Below are positions 45,795-54,529 of a stretch of 64,000 nt of DNA, piece after piece; the stretch's first letter is position 1; each line of letters begins with the position of its first letter. The DNA comes from a virus. Lineage: Duplodnaviria; Caudoviricetes. The stretch spans positions 1 to 64,000 of the IMG/VR virus record IMGVR_UViG_2919450847_000005. One strand, given 5' to 3'. The position numbers and the translations under genes are program-made. The notes under the pieces are model-generated. The model was not told the DNA's origin. It worked only from the letters and a program-made list of their open reading frames with translations, and searched no databases.

Positions 45795-46085
45795 GTGAAC
45801 CCGGCGCGTCTCCGGCCGCTGATCGCAAAGGTCGAGGTATGCGAGAGCCACACCGACAAGAACGCGATCTACATCGACTTCTGTGACGAGCAGCGCACAC
45901 GCTGGTACGTCATATTCCTGACCAAGCGGCGGGGCTTCGGCGTCGCGCGGCGCTTGCGCCCGGATGGGCAAGGCGGCTGTGAAATTCCTGCCCGCCTCCG
46001 AACCTACCTGATCTCCATCATACCGCCCGACATCATCGCCCGCTGCACGGCCGCCACGCTCGGCCTTAACGCCGCCCGAGACTGA
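45795..46085 (+). CDS. Paralog-array protein P10
   Basis: YIDF...WYVIFLTKRRGF; LISIIPPDIIARCTAATL. Confidence 0.7.
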   Translation: MNPARLRPLIAKVEVCESHTDKNAIYIDFCDEQRTRWYVIFLTKRRGFGVARRLRPDGQGGCEIPARLRTYLISIIPPDIIARCTAATLGLNAARD

Positions 46086-46161
46086 CGCGCCACAATCCGC
46101 GAACTGCCGCCGACGGCCATCTCTGGCCCGCCGGGAGGCCTTCTATTGCCAGGAGAACCCT

Positions 46162-46575
46162 ATGACCCAACTCCACCTTCAGCCGGAGGCGGACGACATC
46201 CCGTGCCGCTGCGAGAATTGCGACGCCACCATGCCGGCGTCGGAGCTCGTTATGGTCACCGACATCGAGGAGCGCATCAGTCCCGGCTGTATAGTGCCGG
46301 CCGGCCAGTGCCCGCACTGCCATGGCCTGGCCTACTACGAAGACGCCAGCGCGCCCAGCTGGACGGCGCAGGCGATTGGTTACCGTCTCCTCGCCGAAGC
46401 GGGCGTGACGAAGACCGCGCTGCAAAAAGCCGAGAGCGCCCTGGTCGGCGCCTATGGCGAACCGGTGGCGGGCGCCAGCCTGCAGAGCGCTACCGGCGTG
46501 GACGCGATCATCGCCGTGCAGTTCGCGCTGTCGGGTGCGCCGGCGGACGAAGTGGCGGTCAATGCCAATGGATGA
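46162..46575 (+). CDS. Zinc-finger-containing hypothetical protein
   Basis: CENC...CPHC; GGAGAA RBS. Confidence 0.7.
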   Translation: MTQLHLQPEADDIPCRCENCDATMPASELVMVTDIEERISPGCIVPAGQCPHCHGLAYYEDASAPSWTAQAIGYRLLAEAGVTKTALQKAESALVGAYGEPVAGASLQSATGVDAIIAVQFALSGAPADEVAVNANG

Positions 46576-46825
46576 GCACGACTCCAGGACCAGCGACGCC
46601 CTTCGCCGCGCCAAGAACGCGCACGCCCGGCACTTCGGTCGGCTGAATGGCCTCGTCGCCCGGGTCTGCACGGGCACCGACCGGCGCCTGCCCGGCGCCC
46701 GTCACTATCCGAAGCGGTTCATCCGCGTGGAAGACCAGGAGAGCGGCGCCATCACCGACTGGGCCTTCCACCGGCCTCGCCTCGAGAAGATCGCTGAGCG
46801 GCCGCCGAGCGGCGCGGAGGCGTGA
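46568..46825 (+). CDS. Small hypothetical protein
   Basis: Coupled ORF MDEHD. Confidence 0.55.
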   Translation: MDEHDSRTSDALRRAKNAHARHFGRLNGLVARVCTGTDRRLPGARHYPKRFIRVEDQESGAITDWAFHRPRLEKIAERPPSGAEA

Positions 46826-46940
46826 CGTGGACCACAGGACACGCATCCCATCCCCGGCGGAGCGCGCAGTGCTGCGCCAGCGGCGCCTGATGCGCCGCCT
46901 ATCCGGAGGCGCCCGCCTCGGCAGGCGAGGAAAAGAGGCG

Positions 46941-48254
46941 CTAGTCTTTCTTGCCGGTGATCAACTCGATGAGGTTGGGAGGAATGACGTCCGGTTCGCC
47001 ACTGCCGGGCGGAGCCCGGAAAAGCGCGTTCAGTGCGAGCGCGCGCTCTTCCCGGCTCACCTTGACCCCGGGTTCACCCACGAGACCGATGAATGTGTCT
47101 GCGATGGCCTTTCTTTGGCGTGCGTCATCAAGCATAGCTAGGTTCTGCATCATGAACCGGCTGATGATGCGCAGAAGCCACGCGGCGCCAAGAACTGGCG
47201 CCGCTATAAGCGCGGTGACCGCCAGTTGGTTGTTCTGTCCAGCCACATCTATGAGGCCGCGCACGTAATCCCCGCCGAATTCATACAGCAGCAATACCGA
47301 TCCGACGAGTACAAGAACAAAAAAGAAAATATTAGCCGCGAGCCATTTGCTATGTCCGTCTCCCTTGCTTTTCCATAGGGCAACGACGGGGGAAATCGTA
47401 GATAGCTCTTTCTGAGCAGATCTCAGAAGTTCTATCTGCTCTTCAGTCGCCTTTTTTGCCTCGTTCATGTCATGTATCATGCCGGCGGCCTGGTCTTTTA
47501 TCAATTGCGCCGCTGACTCCGCCGAGCTTTTATATATTTCGATATCAGTATTGGCGTAATTCAACTCTTTCAATATAGATTCTATTTTTGTTGTTGCCGA
47601 TTCATTTATTCTGTCGTTAATGGATGAAAGTAATTTCTCGGTTTCATCGACTGCAGAGTTGATCTTGTCAACGGCAAGTCTGCTGCTTTCTTCGGCAGAG
47701 ATAATAAGTTTTTCCGCGTTTTTTCTTATTGCAGTTTCGTATACTTCTGTTGAACTCGCAATATGTTGAACTCTGTCTTTAATGGTAGAGCCGAGGATGA
47801 ATTGCCAAGTCGAATCCGATATGGCGACCCCTTTGTTATTTAGTTGCTCTTTGATCATTATCATGGATTGATACGGGTACAATTTAACGTAGTCCCCGAT
47901 TTCCTCCCCGGCTGCTTGTCTCAGCCCAAGCGCTTTTCGAGGCTTAGCAGAGCCTAAGGCGTTTTCAAAAACCCGAGCGGTTTCTGGCCCATAAAGTGAT
48001 ATAAAGTTAGAAAAAACTGCTGCGATAGCTTTATCTTGTTCGCTTAAGCTTAGTGCTCCGACCGAATTTGCTGTAGCGATTACCTGTAAATTGTGGATAA
48101 GCCACTCAGAAAAATCCATACCGGACATCGTCATTTTGATTCCCAGGGGCAAATTTGCGGGAGAGTTTCTGTGAAGGTCGATCTTTCCGGCCGAATCTGG
48201 GTACGTCGTATTCTCTTCGTACTCATCATCGTGGTAGTGGTGACGGCATGGCAA
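46941..48254 (-). CDS. Low-GC antisense coiled-coil membrane protein (DUF6161-like C-terminus)
   Basis: Long heptad region, two C-terminal TMs, then L.DARQR..IA.TF..L...ER..AL.ALFR; start uncertain. Confidence 0.7.
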   Translation of the reverse strand: MPCRHHYHDDEYEENTTYPDSAGKIDLHRNSPANLPLGIKMTMSGMDFSEWLIHNLQVIATANSVGALSLSEQDKAIAAVFSNFISLYGPETARVFENALGSAKPRKALGLRQAAGEEIGDYVKLYPYQSMIMIKEQLNNKGVAISDSTWQFILGSTIKDRVQHIASSTEVYETAIRKNAEKLIISAEESSRLAVDKINSAVDETEKLLSSINDRINESATTKIESILKELNYANTDIEIYKSSAESAAQLIKDQAAGMIHDMNEAKKATEEQIELLRSAQKELSTISPVVALWKSKGDGHSKWLAANIFFFVLVLVGSVLLLYEFGGDYVRGLIDVAGQNNQLAVTALIAAPVLGAAWLLRIISRFMMQNLAMLDDARQRKAIADTFIGLVGEPGVKVSREERALALNALFRAPPGSGEPDVIPPNLIELITGKKD

Positions 48255-48273
48255 TGGCTGATCGGGTGACGAA

Positions 48274-48483
48274 CTACTCCGGCTGTCCGGTCACCGCGAT
48301 CCGGGCCGCCCGAGCGTAAAACGCCATCTCGGTATCACCGTCGATCAGCCGGTCGAGCAGCTCCTTCATGTCCCGCTGGTCCGACAAGGACTGGAACGGG
48401 CCCGGCTGCCTTTCAATCGCCAGCACGGCGATCGCCAGTGCCTTCTTCACCAAGTGAAGATCTCGCCCCGTAAACTCGACCAT
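48274..48483 (-). CDS. Small hypothetical protein
   Basis: 69-aa helical ORF with GAGGGG RBS. Confidence 0.6.
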   Translation of the reverse strand: MVEFTGRDLHLVKKALAIAVLAIERQPGPFQSLSDQRDMKELLDRLIDGDTEMAFYARAARIAVTGQPE

Positions 48484-48530
48484 CCCGATTCCCCTCTACC
48501 CCTCGCGATTATGCGATCACGGAGACCGCC

Positions 48531-49697
48531 ATGAACGCTCACGCCCGTATTGCGTCTGCCGCTACCTTCGCCTCGCTCGATTATCCGGCATTCAAACTCG
48601 CCATGGTCAACGCCTGCAAGGTCATCGACCGGCGGAACACCATCCCCGTGCTCGCGATGGTGATGATCAAAGCCACGAAGGGCGGCGCCTCCATCATCGG
48701 GACCGACCTCGATCTCTACACCACGACCTTCGTGCCCGGCACGGTGACGTCCGACTTCACGGTGCTGGTCGATGCCCACCGGCTGAAGGCGACGCTGGAC
48801 AAGGTCAAGGATGCTGCAACCATCAATTTCGCCATCGATGACGCCGCGCTCGTCACGTCGATCGGCAAGCTGAACCTGTCCCTGCACCGCGGCCTGGACG
48901 CCAGCGAGTTCCCGCTCGAAGCGGCCTTCCGCACGGCGTTGGGCACTTCGAACTGCTCCTTCGTGCTGCCGGCCGCGACCATCGCCGCTGTCCTCGACAA
49001 GGTCTCCTTCGCCGTCTCGACGGAGGAGACCCGCTACTACCTCAACGGCATCTACATGCACGTCGACGAGCACGAGCAGAAGCTCTGCTTCGTCGCCACC
49101 GACGGGCACCGCGCCGCGCTCTACAAGGTCGATGTGCCCGCCGGCGCCGGCGCGCTCCCGGACGCCGGCATTATCATCCCGCGCAAGACAGTCGCCGAGC
49201 TGCATCGGATGGTCAGCCGCAATGGGCGAGCCCAGGATGCCATGGTGACGGCTGCTGAGAAAGGCGTGTCCTTTCTGGTGGGCGAAGACGAGCTACTCGA
49301 GTCGAAGGCGATCGACGGCACCTTCCCCGACTACGGCCGCGTGATCCCAACCAGCAACCGGCACCGTGTCGGCATCCCCTCGGCCCCCCTGATCGATGCC
49401 ATCAGGCAGGCGAGCTCAATCATGTCGGAGAAGAGCCGGCGCACCAGCCTTTCGTTCTCGCCGGGCCGCCTGGTTGTCAGCTGCTCTTCTCCCGAGTTTG
49501 GCACCGCCTCAACGGAAGTGCGCATCACCAGCGACTTCGAACTCTCCATCGGCTTCAACGCCGGGTACCTCATGCAGCTGCTCGGCCAGCTGGATGGCGG
49601 CGCCATGCTGGAAATCGACGACCCGTCCGGCCCGGCGGTGATCAAGGATGGCGCAGATCCAGCCATCACCTATGCGCAGATGCCGATGCGCATCTGA
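48531..49697 (+). CDS. dnaN: DNA polymerase III beta sliding clamp homolog
   Basis: R.TIPVL, GTDLD, FAVSTEETRYYLNGIY, VATDGHR, IIPRK, IDGTFPDYGRVIP, IGFN..YL motifs. Confidence 0.93.
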   Translation: MNAHARIASAATFASLDYPAFKLAMVNACKVIDRRNTIPVLAMVMIKATKGGASIIGTDLDLYTTTFVPGTVTSDFTVLVDAHRLKATLDKVKDAATINFAIDDAALVTSIGKLNLSLHRGLDASEFPLEAAFRTALGTSNCSFVLPAATIAAVLDKVSFAVSTEETRYYLNGIYMHVDEHEQKLCFVATDGHRAALYKVDVPAGAGALPDAGIIIPRKTVAELHRMVSRNGRAQDAMVTAAEKGVSFLVGEDELLESKAIDGTFPDYGRVIPTSNRHRVGIPSAPLIDAIRQASSIMSEKSRRTSLSFSPGRLVVSCSSPEFGTASTEVRITSDFELSIGFNAGYLMQLLGQLDGGAMLEIDDPSGPAVIKDGADPAITYAQMPMRI

Positions 49698-49761
49698 CAA
49701 CCTGCCGGGAGGCGGATAGCCGCCTCCCACCCCCGCCGATCATGGCATTCAGGAGATACCC

Positions 49762-51321
49762 GTGACTGCACTCCTCCCCACCAACACCGTCGAGCAGATC
49801 TGCGCCTTTCGCGACGAAGCCATCCGCCGCTACGACGCGGCCTTCGACGTCATCCAGGCCGCCGGCGACGCCGTGAAGGAAGCCGGGATCCTTTGGGAGA
49901 AGGCCTCGCCCGGGCGGCATGCCCACTGGTCCGATCAGGCGGAGGAAGTGAAGGCCTTCTTCCATGCCGTGCGTGTACCCGATCGCGAGCAGTTCCGGCG
50001 CACGGCGCGTCGGCTCATCGACGTCACCGTGTGGACGCACATTATTGAGCTCTCCGGCATCGAGGCGCTGATGGACGCGCAGGCGAAGCAGGAGCTGCGC
50101 GACCAGATGCGCTATGTCCCCGAGCGCACCGACAGGGAAGGCCAGTTGATCAATCAGGACGAGATCGCTCGCATGCTGCCGGAGGTCACGCCCGAGAACG
50201 TCTACGCCACGCTCGAGCACTTCCAGAGCCAGGCCGAGATCATCTTCCGCCGCGGAATCGTCAACGTGTTCTCGAAGCTGGACCGGCGTTTCCGCTCGCA
50301 CGACGGGTTCAAGGTCGGGTCCCGGCTGATTCTGAACTACCTCGTGAGCAGCGACACCGGGCACTTTTCCAACTATGGCGACCGCGCCGACATGCTGGCG
50401 GACGTCGAGCGAACCTTCCTCGTGCTGGACGGCAGGCCGGCGCGTGCACGGTATGCCGGCATCGGCGAGCAGATTTCGGCAGAAAGGCGCTTCAACGCCT
50501 TCAAGCCGCACCAGTCCGAGCACCAAGGCGACTACTTCAAGGTGAGGATCTTCAAGAACGGGAACGCCCACCTGTGGTTCGCCCGGGATGATCTCGTCGA
50601 GAAGGTGAACCGCATCCTCGCCGACCACTATGGCGAGGTGCTGGGCGACGGCCAGACGCAGGAAGCCGACCCGCTGCAGGAGAAGAAGCTGACGCCGGCG
50701 CGCCGCTTCGGCTTCTTCCCCAGCCCTGACGAGGTGGCCGAGCGCGTCGTGCGCAATGCCTATGTCCTCCGTCCCGCCAACCAGGAGCGGCTGCGCATCC
50801 TCGAGCCGTCGGCCGGCACCGGCAACCTTGCCCGGCGTTGCGTCAAGCGGTTCGATCCCAAGGACTGGGGCCATTACGCCGAGCGCTATCGCGATGAGTA
50901 TCGCTGGGACAACCTGGTCGACTGTGTCGAGATCCAGCCTGAGCTGGCCAACCAGCTGACCGCCGAGGGCATCTACAATCGGGTCACCTGCGCCGACTTT
51001 CTCGCGATCCGCCCCAACGAGCACCGGCTATATGACCGGGTGGTGATGAACCCGCCGTTCGATCGCGAGCGGGACATCGACCACGTCATGCACGCCCTCG
51101 ACTTCCTGAAGCCGGACGGCTGCCTGATCGCCGTCATGTCGGCCGGCACCGAGTTCCGGGAGACCCGCAAGTCCATCGCGTTCCGCGCGCTGATGGAGAA
51201 GATGAAGGCGGTTTGGGATGACCTTCCGGCTGGCTCCTTTGCGGAGGCCGGAACCTACGTTAACACCATGATCCTTCGAGTCTGGAAGGATGGGCGACAT
51301 CAGTACGGGCTCGATCGATGA
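49762..51321 (+). CDS. Orphan amino-DNA methyltransferase with DUF4942-like N-terminus
   Basis: ILEPSAGTGNLA SAM-binding motif, VMNPPF catalytic motif; YFKVRIFKNGNAHLWF. Confidence 0.88.
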   Translation: MTALLPTNTVEQICAFRDEAIRRYDAAFDVIQAAGDAVKEAGILWEKASPGRHAHWSDQAEEVKAFFHAVRVPDREQFRRTARRLIDVTVWTHIIELSGIEALMDAQAKQELRDQMRYVPERTDREGQLINQDEIARMLPEVTPENVYATLEHFQSQAEIIFRRGIVNVFSKLDRRFRSHDGFKVGSRLILNYLVSSDTGHFSNYGDRADMLADVERTFLVLDGRPARARYAGIGEQISAERRFNAFKPHQSEHQGDYFKVRIFKNGNAHLWFARDDLVEKVNRILADHYGEVLGDGQTQEADPLQEKKLTPARRFGFFPSPDEVAERVVRNAYVLRPANQERLRILEPSAGTGNLARRCVKRFDPKDWGHYAERYRDEYRWDNLVDCVEIQPELANQLTAEGIYNRVTCADFLAIRPNEHRLYDRVVMNPPFDRERDIDHVMHALDFLKPDGCLIAVMSAGTEFRETRKSIAFRALMEKMKAVWDDLPAGSFAEAGTYVNTMILRVWKDGRHQYGLDR

Positions 51322-51350
51322 TCGAGCTTGCCGCATTGGAAGGAAGCAGC

Positions 51351-51794
51351 ATGAGCAACAAGCCGGCGTCCAGGCTGATCGCGAAGGCCTTGCCTCGCGG
51401 GTCACAGTTCGCGGCGCAGTTTGCCCTGCCCGGGCTGGTTCCCGATCTGGTGCGCGACCGGGCTGGAGTGTGCCTCTACGACGATGAGCGAGCAGCTGAG
51501 ATTGCAGCCAAGGAGGCGGTGCTGCGCCTCTATGACAGCCGCACCCGCGATACTCGGAAGGCCGGCGGGTATCAGCGGCTCACCGGCGCCGAGCTCGCCG
51601 ATCTGATCGAGAAGATGGACACCACGGTGACCTACTTCTCTGAGCTTGCCGGTTTCCCCCAGAGTCGGGTCATGGGGTGGATCGATGGAGAGCAGGACAT
51701 ACCGCACAGTGTGCATGTCCTGGCGAGGCTCTTGGCGGCGAGCGACGAGAACTTCGAGCTCGCCGAGCGCATCACCGAGCAGGCGCAGCGGTAG
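51351..51794 (+). CDS. Protein with C-terminal XRE-like HTH
   Basis: FSELAGFPQSRVMGWIDGEQDIP; last gene of the accessory operon. Confidence 0.65.
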   Translation: MSNKPASRLIAKALPRGSQFAAQFALPGLVPDLVRDRAGVCLYDDERAAEIAAKEAVLRLYDSRTRDTRKAGGYQRLTGAELADLIEKMDTTVTYFSELAGFPQSRVMGWIDGEQDIPHSVHVLARLLAASDENFELAERITEQAQR

Positions 51795-52527
51795 AGCGCT
51801 GCCACCTGCGAACCGACGGCGGCATGACCGGTGCGCCATCGGGCCACCGGCGCTTGAAGCCGGCTCGGTTAAGGTTGCCCAGTTCAACCGCCACGACATC
51901 CAGACCAAAGCACAGCGCCGAAATCGTCCGGTCCCGCCGCCCATCTCCATTGTCGTGCTCAGCACGCAGGTCGAACCATTGGTCTCGGACGACGGCCGCC
52001 TCGAACATGGGATAAAGCCAGGGCTTCGGCATTGCTGCTCGGATCCGCTCGATGTGCTTGATGCAGTCCAGCTGATAGCCGGACAGATCCGAGGAGGCGC
52101 CGCCGCCGTCCACGCGCTCGAGCGAGAACGACTTGTAGCCGCGCCCGCCCGCGCTTGAGTGGAGATCCCTGAAGCGCACCGCCGAGTAGAAGCGGACGCC
52201 CGCCATCCCCTCGTCGTCGAGAGGCGTCTCGAGCTCACCCCGGTACACCAGAAGCTCTATCGGGCTGGCGTCCACGTTGAGGATGCCGACCGCGTCGCCC
52301 CAGTCGAGGAGCATGTGGTGCTGGCGCACAGGGGTGTCGGCGGGCAGGCGCGCATCGTCCATCGCCATGACGCGCTCGATTGCGTCATACATCTTTCGGC
52401 GCATCGCCTCACTTTCCGGCTCGCGCCCGTAGAAGGCGACGAGCGGCAAGACGCCCCGCTTCATGGGCGCCGACGCGCCGGCCTTCACCCGCTTCAGGCG
52501 ATCGAGAATCCCCTGTCCAGTCGCCAT
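51772..52527 (-). CDS. Hypothetical protein, possible late-gene regulator (DUF6456-like C-terminus)
   Basis: End of the replication operon (Q-like position); AL..GLDVVA..LG ending. Confidence 0.5.
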   Translation of the reverse strand: MATGQGILDRLKRVKAGASAPMKRGVLPLVAFYGREPESEAMRRKMYDAIERVMAMDDARLPADTPVRQHHMLLDWGDAVGILNVDASPIELLVYRGELETPLDDEGMAGVRFYSAVRFRDLHSSAGGRGYKSFSLERVDGGGASSDLSGYQLDCIKHIERIRAAMPKPWLYPMFEAAVVRDQWFDLRAEHDNGDGRRDRTISALCFGLDVVAVELGNLNRAGFKRRWPDGAPVMPPSVRRWQRSTAAPAR

Positions 52528-52528
52528 C

Positions 52529-52852
52529 TCAGCTGCTCCCCTTCCTTCGCTGTGCCCGCCGAAGCGGGATGATCTTCATGGGCACCCGGTCCAGGATCCC
52601 GCCGTCCACCGTTTTTCCGTCCTCGCCGAGCCTGACGGCCAGCAACTCGTTAATCGCGGCTTGCCGCTCCGCGTCCGTCATTTCCGACCGCTTGGCGTAA
52701 GGCGATCGGTCTACGATGCCGGCGACCTGCTTGCGCCGCTTCAGCAGCACCGCGGCGATGGAGCTCTGCGACATGCCGATCAGCCAGAGCACCCACGCGA
52801 CGTATGCAGTCCGGTCAGTGTGCTGCGTTGTGCGCTTTCCGGCCGAACCCAT
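52529..52852 (-). CDS. Small hypothetical protein (HTH-like)
   Basis: MSQSSIAAVLLKRRKQVAGIV; start inferred. Confidence 0.55.
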   Translation of the reverse strand: MGSAGKRTTQHTDRTAYVAWVLWLIGMSQSSIAAVLLKRRKQVAGIVDRSPYAKRSEMTDAERQAAINELLAVRLGEDGKTVDGGILDRVPMKIIPLRRAQRRKGSS

Positions 52853-53126
52853 GCTTCCCCCGTCGCCTCTTCCGCCGGACCTCCGGCTTGAAAAACTGGT
52901 CTGCCGCTGCCTCGGCCTGGGCAATCTCGCCATCCCGGACCAGATTGCCGTTGATGTATTGGATGAGGTGCTTCATCGCCTCGCGGGTGGCTTCTAGCTC
53001 TGTGGCGAACACCGCCGGCTTACCTCCCTTGGAGAGGATAGGCTTTGCCGCGGCGTCGCGGACGGTACGAAGGAAGGCGATGAAGCCGCCGGGCACAGGT
53101 TTCGCGAAGGCATTACACTCGTTCAT
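52815..53126 (-). CDS. Small basic hypothetical protein
   Basis: MNECN start after GAGG. Confidence 0.55.
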   Translation of the reverse strand: MNECNAFAKPVPGGFIAFLRTVRDAAAKPILSKGGKPAVFATELEATREAMKHLIQYINGNLVRDGEIAQAEAAADQFFKPEVRRKRRRGKHGFGRKAHNAAH

Positions 53127-53134
53127 TGGGCGCC

Positions 53135-54529
53135 TCACAGCGTGATCGCGTCGTCGAAAAGGGCGGTCTGGGAAGCCTGATCCCGGAAGACGGTGCTCGC
53201 GCCGTCCCACTCGAAGATCCGACGATCACGTGGGGGGCCGAACCTATCCTTCAGCTTGTAGACTTCGATCTTCCCGGCGGTGCTGTTCTTGTTGCTCAAC
53301 CATTCCTCATAGGCCTTGCCCTGCTTCGTGACCGGCGGGTTGCGGTTGTGCCAGTCGTTGCGGTTGAAGTTTGCGAGCATCAGGTCGGCGTGCTCCTCCA
53401 GTGAGCCACCGTAGAAGTCCTCCATCTCGGGCTCGGGGTGCTCCTTCTGCCGCGCAGCTTTGGTGAACTGGCAGAGGCCGATCACCACGCAGCCGAGGTC
53501 CTTTGCCAGCGCCTTGAGATCGCGCGCGTTCTCATAGGCGCGCTCCACCGGGTCCATGCGGTTCTTGGTTTGGCGCTCGACTAGCTTGATGTGGTCGACG
53601 GCGAGGAGATCCAGGCCGTATTTGCGCTTATGCGCGTAGGCGCGGCTGCGGATCTGCTGGATGGTCATCTTCGCCGGGTGGACGATGGTCATCTTGAGGC
53701 TGGCGAAGTCCGCCTTCGCCTTCATCAGCGCCTTGTACTGAGCCTCGGTCAGGCCGTTTGCCATATTGCGGAGCGACACGCCGGTCTGGCCAGACGTCGA
53801 ACGGGTCACGAGAGATTCCGAGTCCATCTCCAATTCGAAAAGAGATGTCGGGTGGACCGTGCTGGAGAACAGCATTTGCTGCATGGCGATGGCGGTCTTG
53901 CCGCTGCCGGGCGCTCCGCCCCAGAGGACGAGAGAGCCGGGCCGGAAGGTGCCGACCATTTCCTCCAGCCCGATCAGGCAGGGGCGCAGCACCACACCGC
54001 TGCCCTTCGTCGAGTAGGATTCCGCGATCTTGGCGAACACGCCCGACACCGTGGATTCTTGCTCGATCGCCGCCGAGCGCGAGATATCGGAAAGGCGCTC
54101 CGACGCCCGGTCCGCTATCTGGTCCGGGTCATATTTCACATCCTGCGCGGCCTTGACGATGCTCTCACCGAGGGCAATGAGCTTCCGCCGTGTCGCCGAC
54201 GAGCGCAGTTCAAGCGCATAGTCGCTCAGCGGGATGGAATCCTCTCGAGACGCCACGTGCAGGAGCATCGAGGTATAAGCCTCGGCATCCTTACCGTCGC
54301 TCAGACCTCCAATCCGCCCGGCAACGATGGGGACCCGGATTGCCTTTCCGTCAGAGGCAAGCTCGTAGATGATCGCGTATATTTTCTGGTGGTCCTCCGA
54401 TCCGAACATGTCGATAGAGAGGATGTCGTGGACAGCCCAGTAATTTTCCTCGTTCATAAGGATGGCGCCGAGGACGATTTGCTCGATCTTGACGTTAGAA
54501 ATATTGGACGAAGCGCTGTTGCCGCTCAT
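53135..54529 (-). CDS. dnaB: Replicative DNA helicase, DnaB family
   Basis: EQIVLGAIL, GGAPGSGKT Walker A, FELEM, VDHIKL, LCQF, GSLEEHAD, K.RFGP motifs. Confidence 0.92.
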   Translation of the reverse strand: MSGNSASSNISNVKIEQIVLGAILMNEENYWAVHDILSIDMFGSEDHQKIYAIIYELASDGKAIRVPIVAGRIGGLSDGKDAEAYTSMLLHVASREDSIPLSDYALELRSSATRRKLIALGESIVKAAQDVKYDPDQIADRASERLSDISRSAAIEQESTVSGVFAKIAESYSTKGSGVVLRPCLIGLEEMVGTFRPGSLVLWGGAPGSGKTAIAMQQMLFSSTVHPTSLFELEMDSESLVTRSTSGQTGVSLRNMANGLTEAQYKALMKAKADFASLKMTIVHPAKMTIQQIRSRAYAHKRKYGLDLLAVDHIKLVERQTKNRMDPVERAYENARDLKALAKDLGCVVIGLCQFTKAARQKEHPEPEMEDFYGGSLEEHADLMLANFNRNDWHNRNPPVTKQGKAYEEWLSNKNSTAGKIEVYKLKDRFGPPRDRRIFEWDGASTVFRDQASQTALFDDAITL

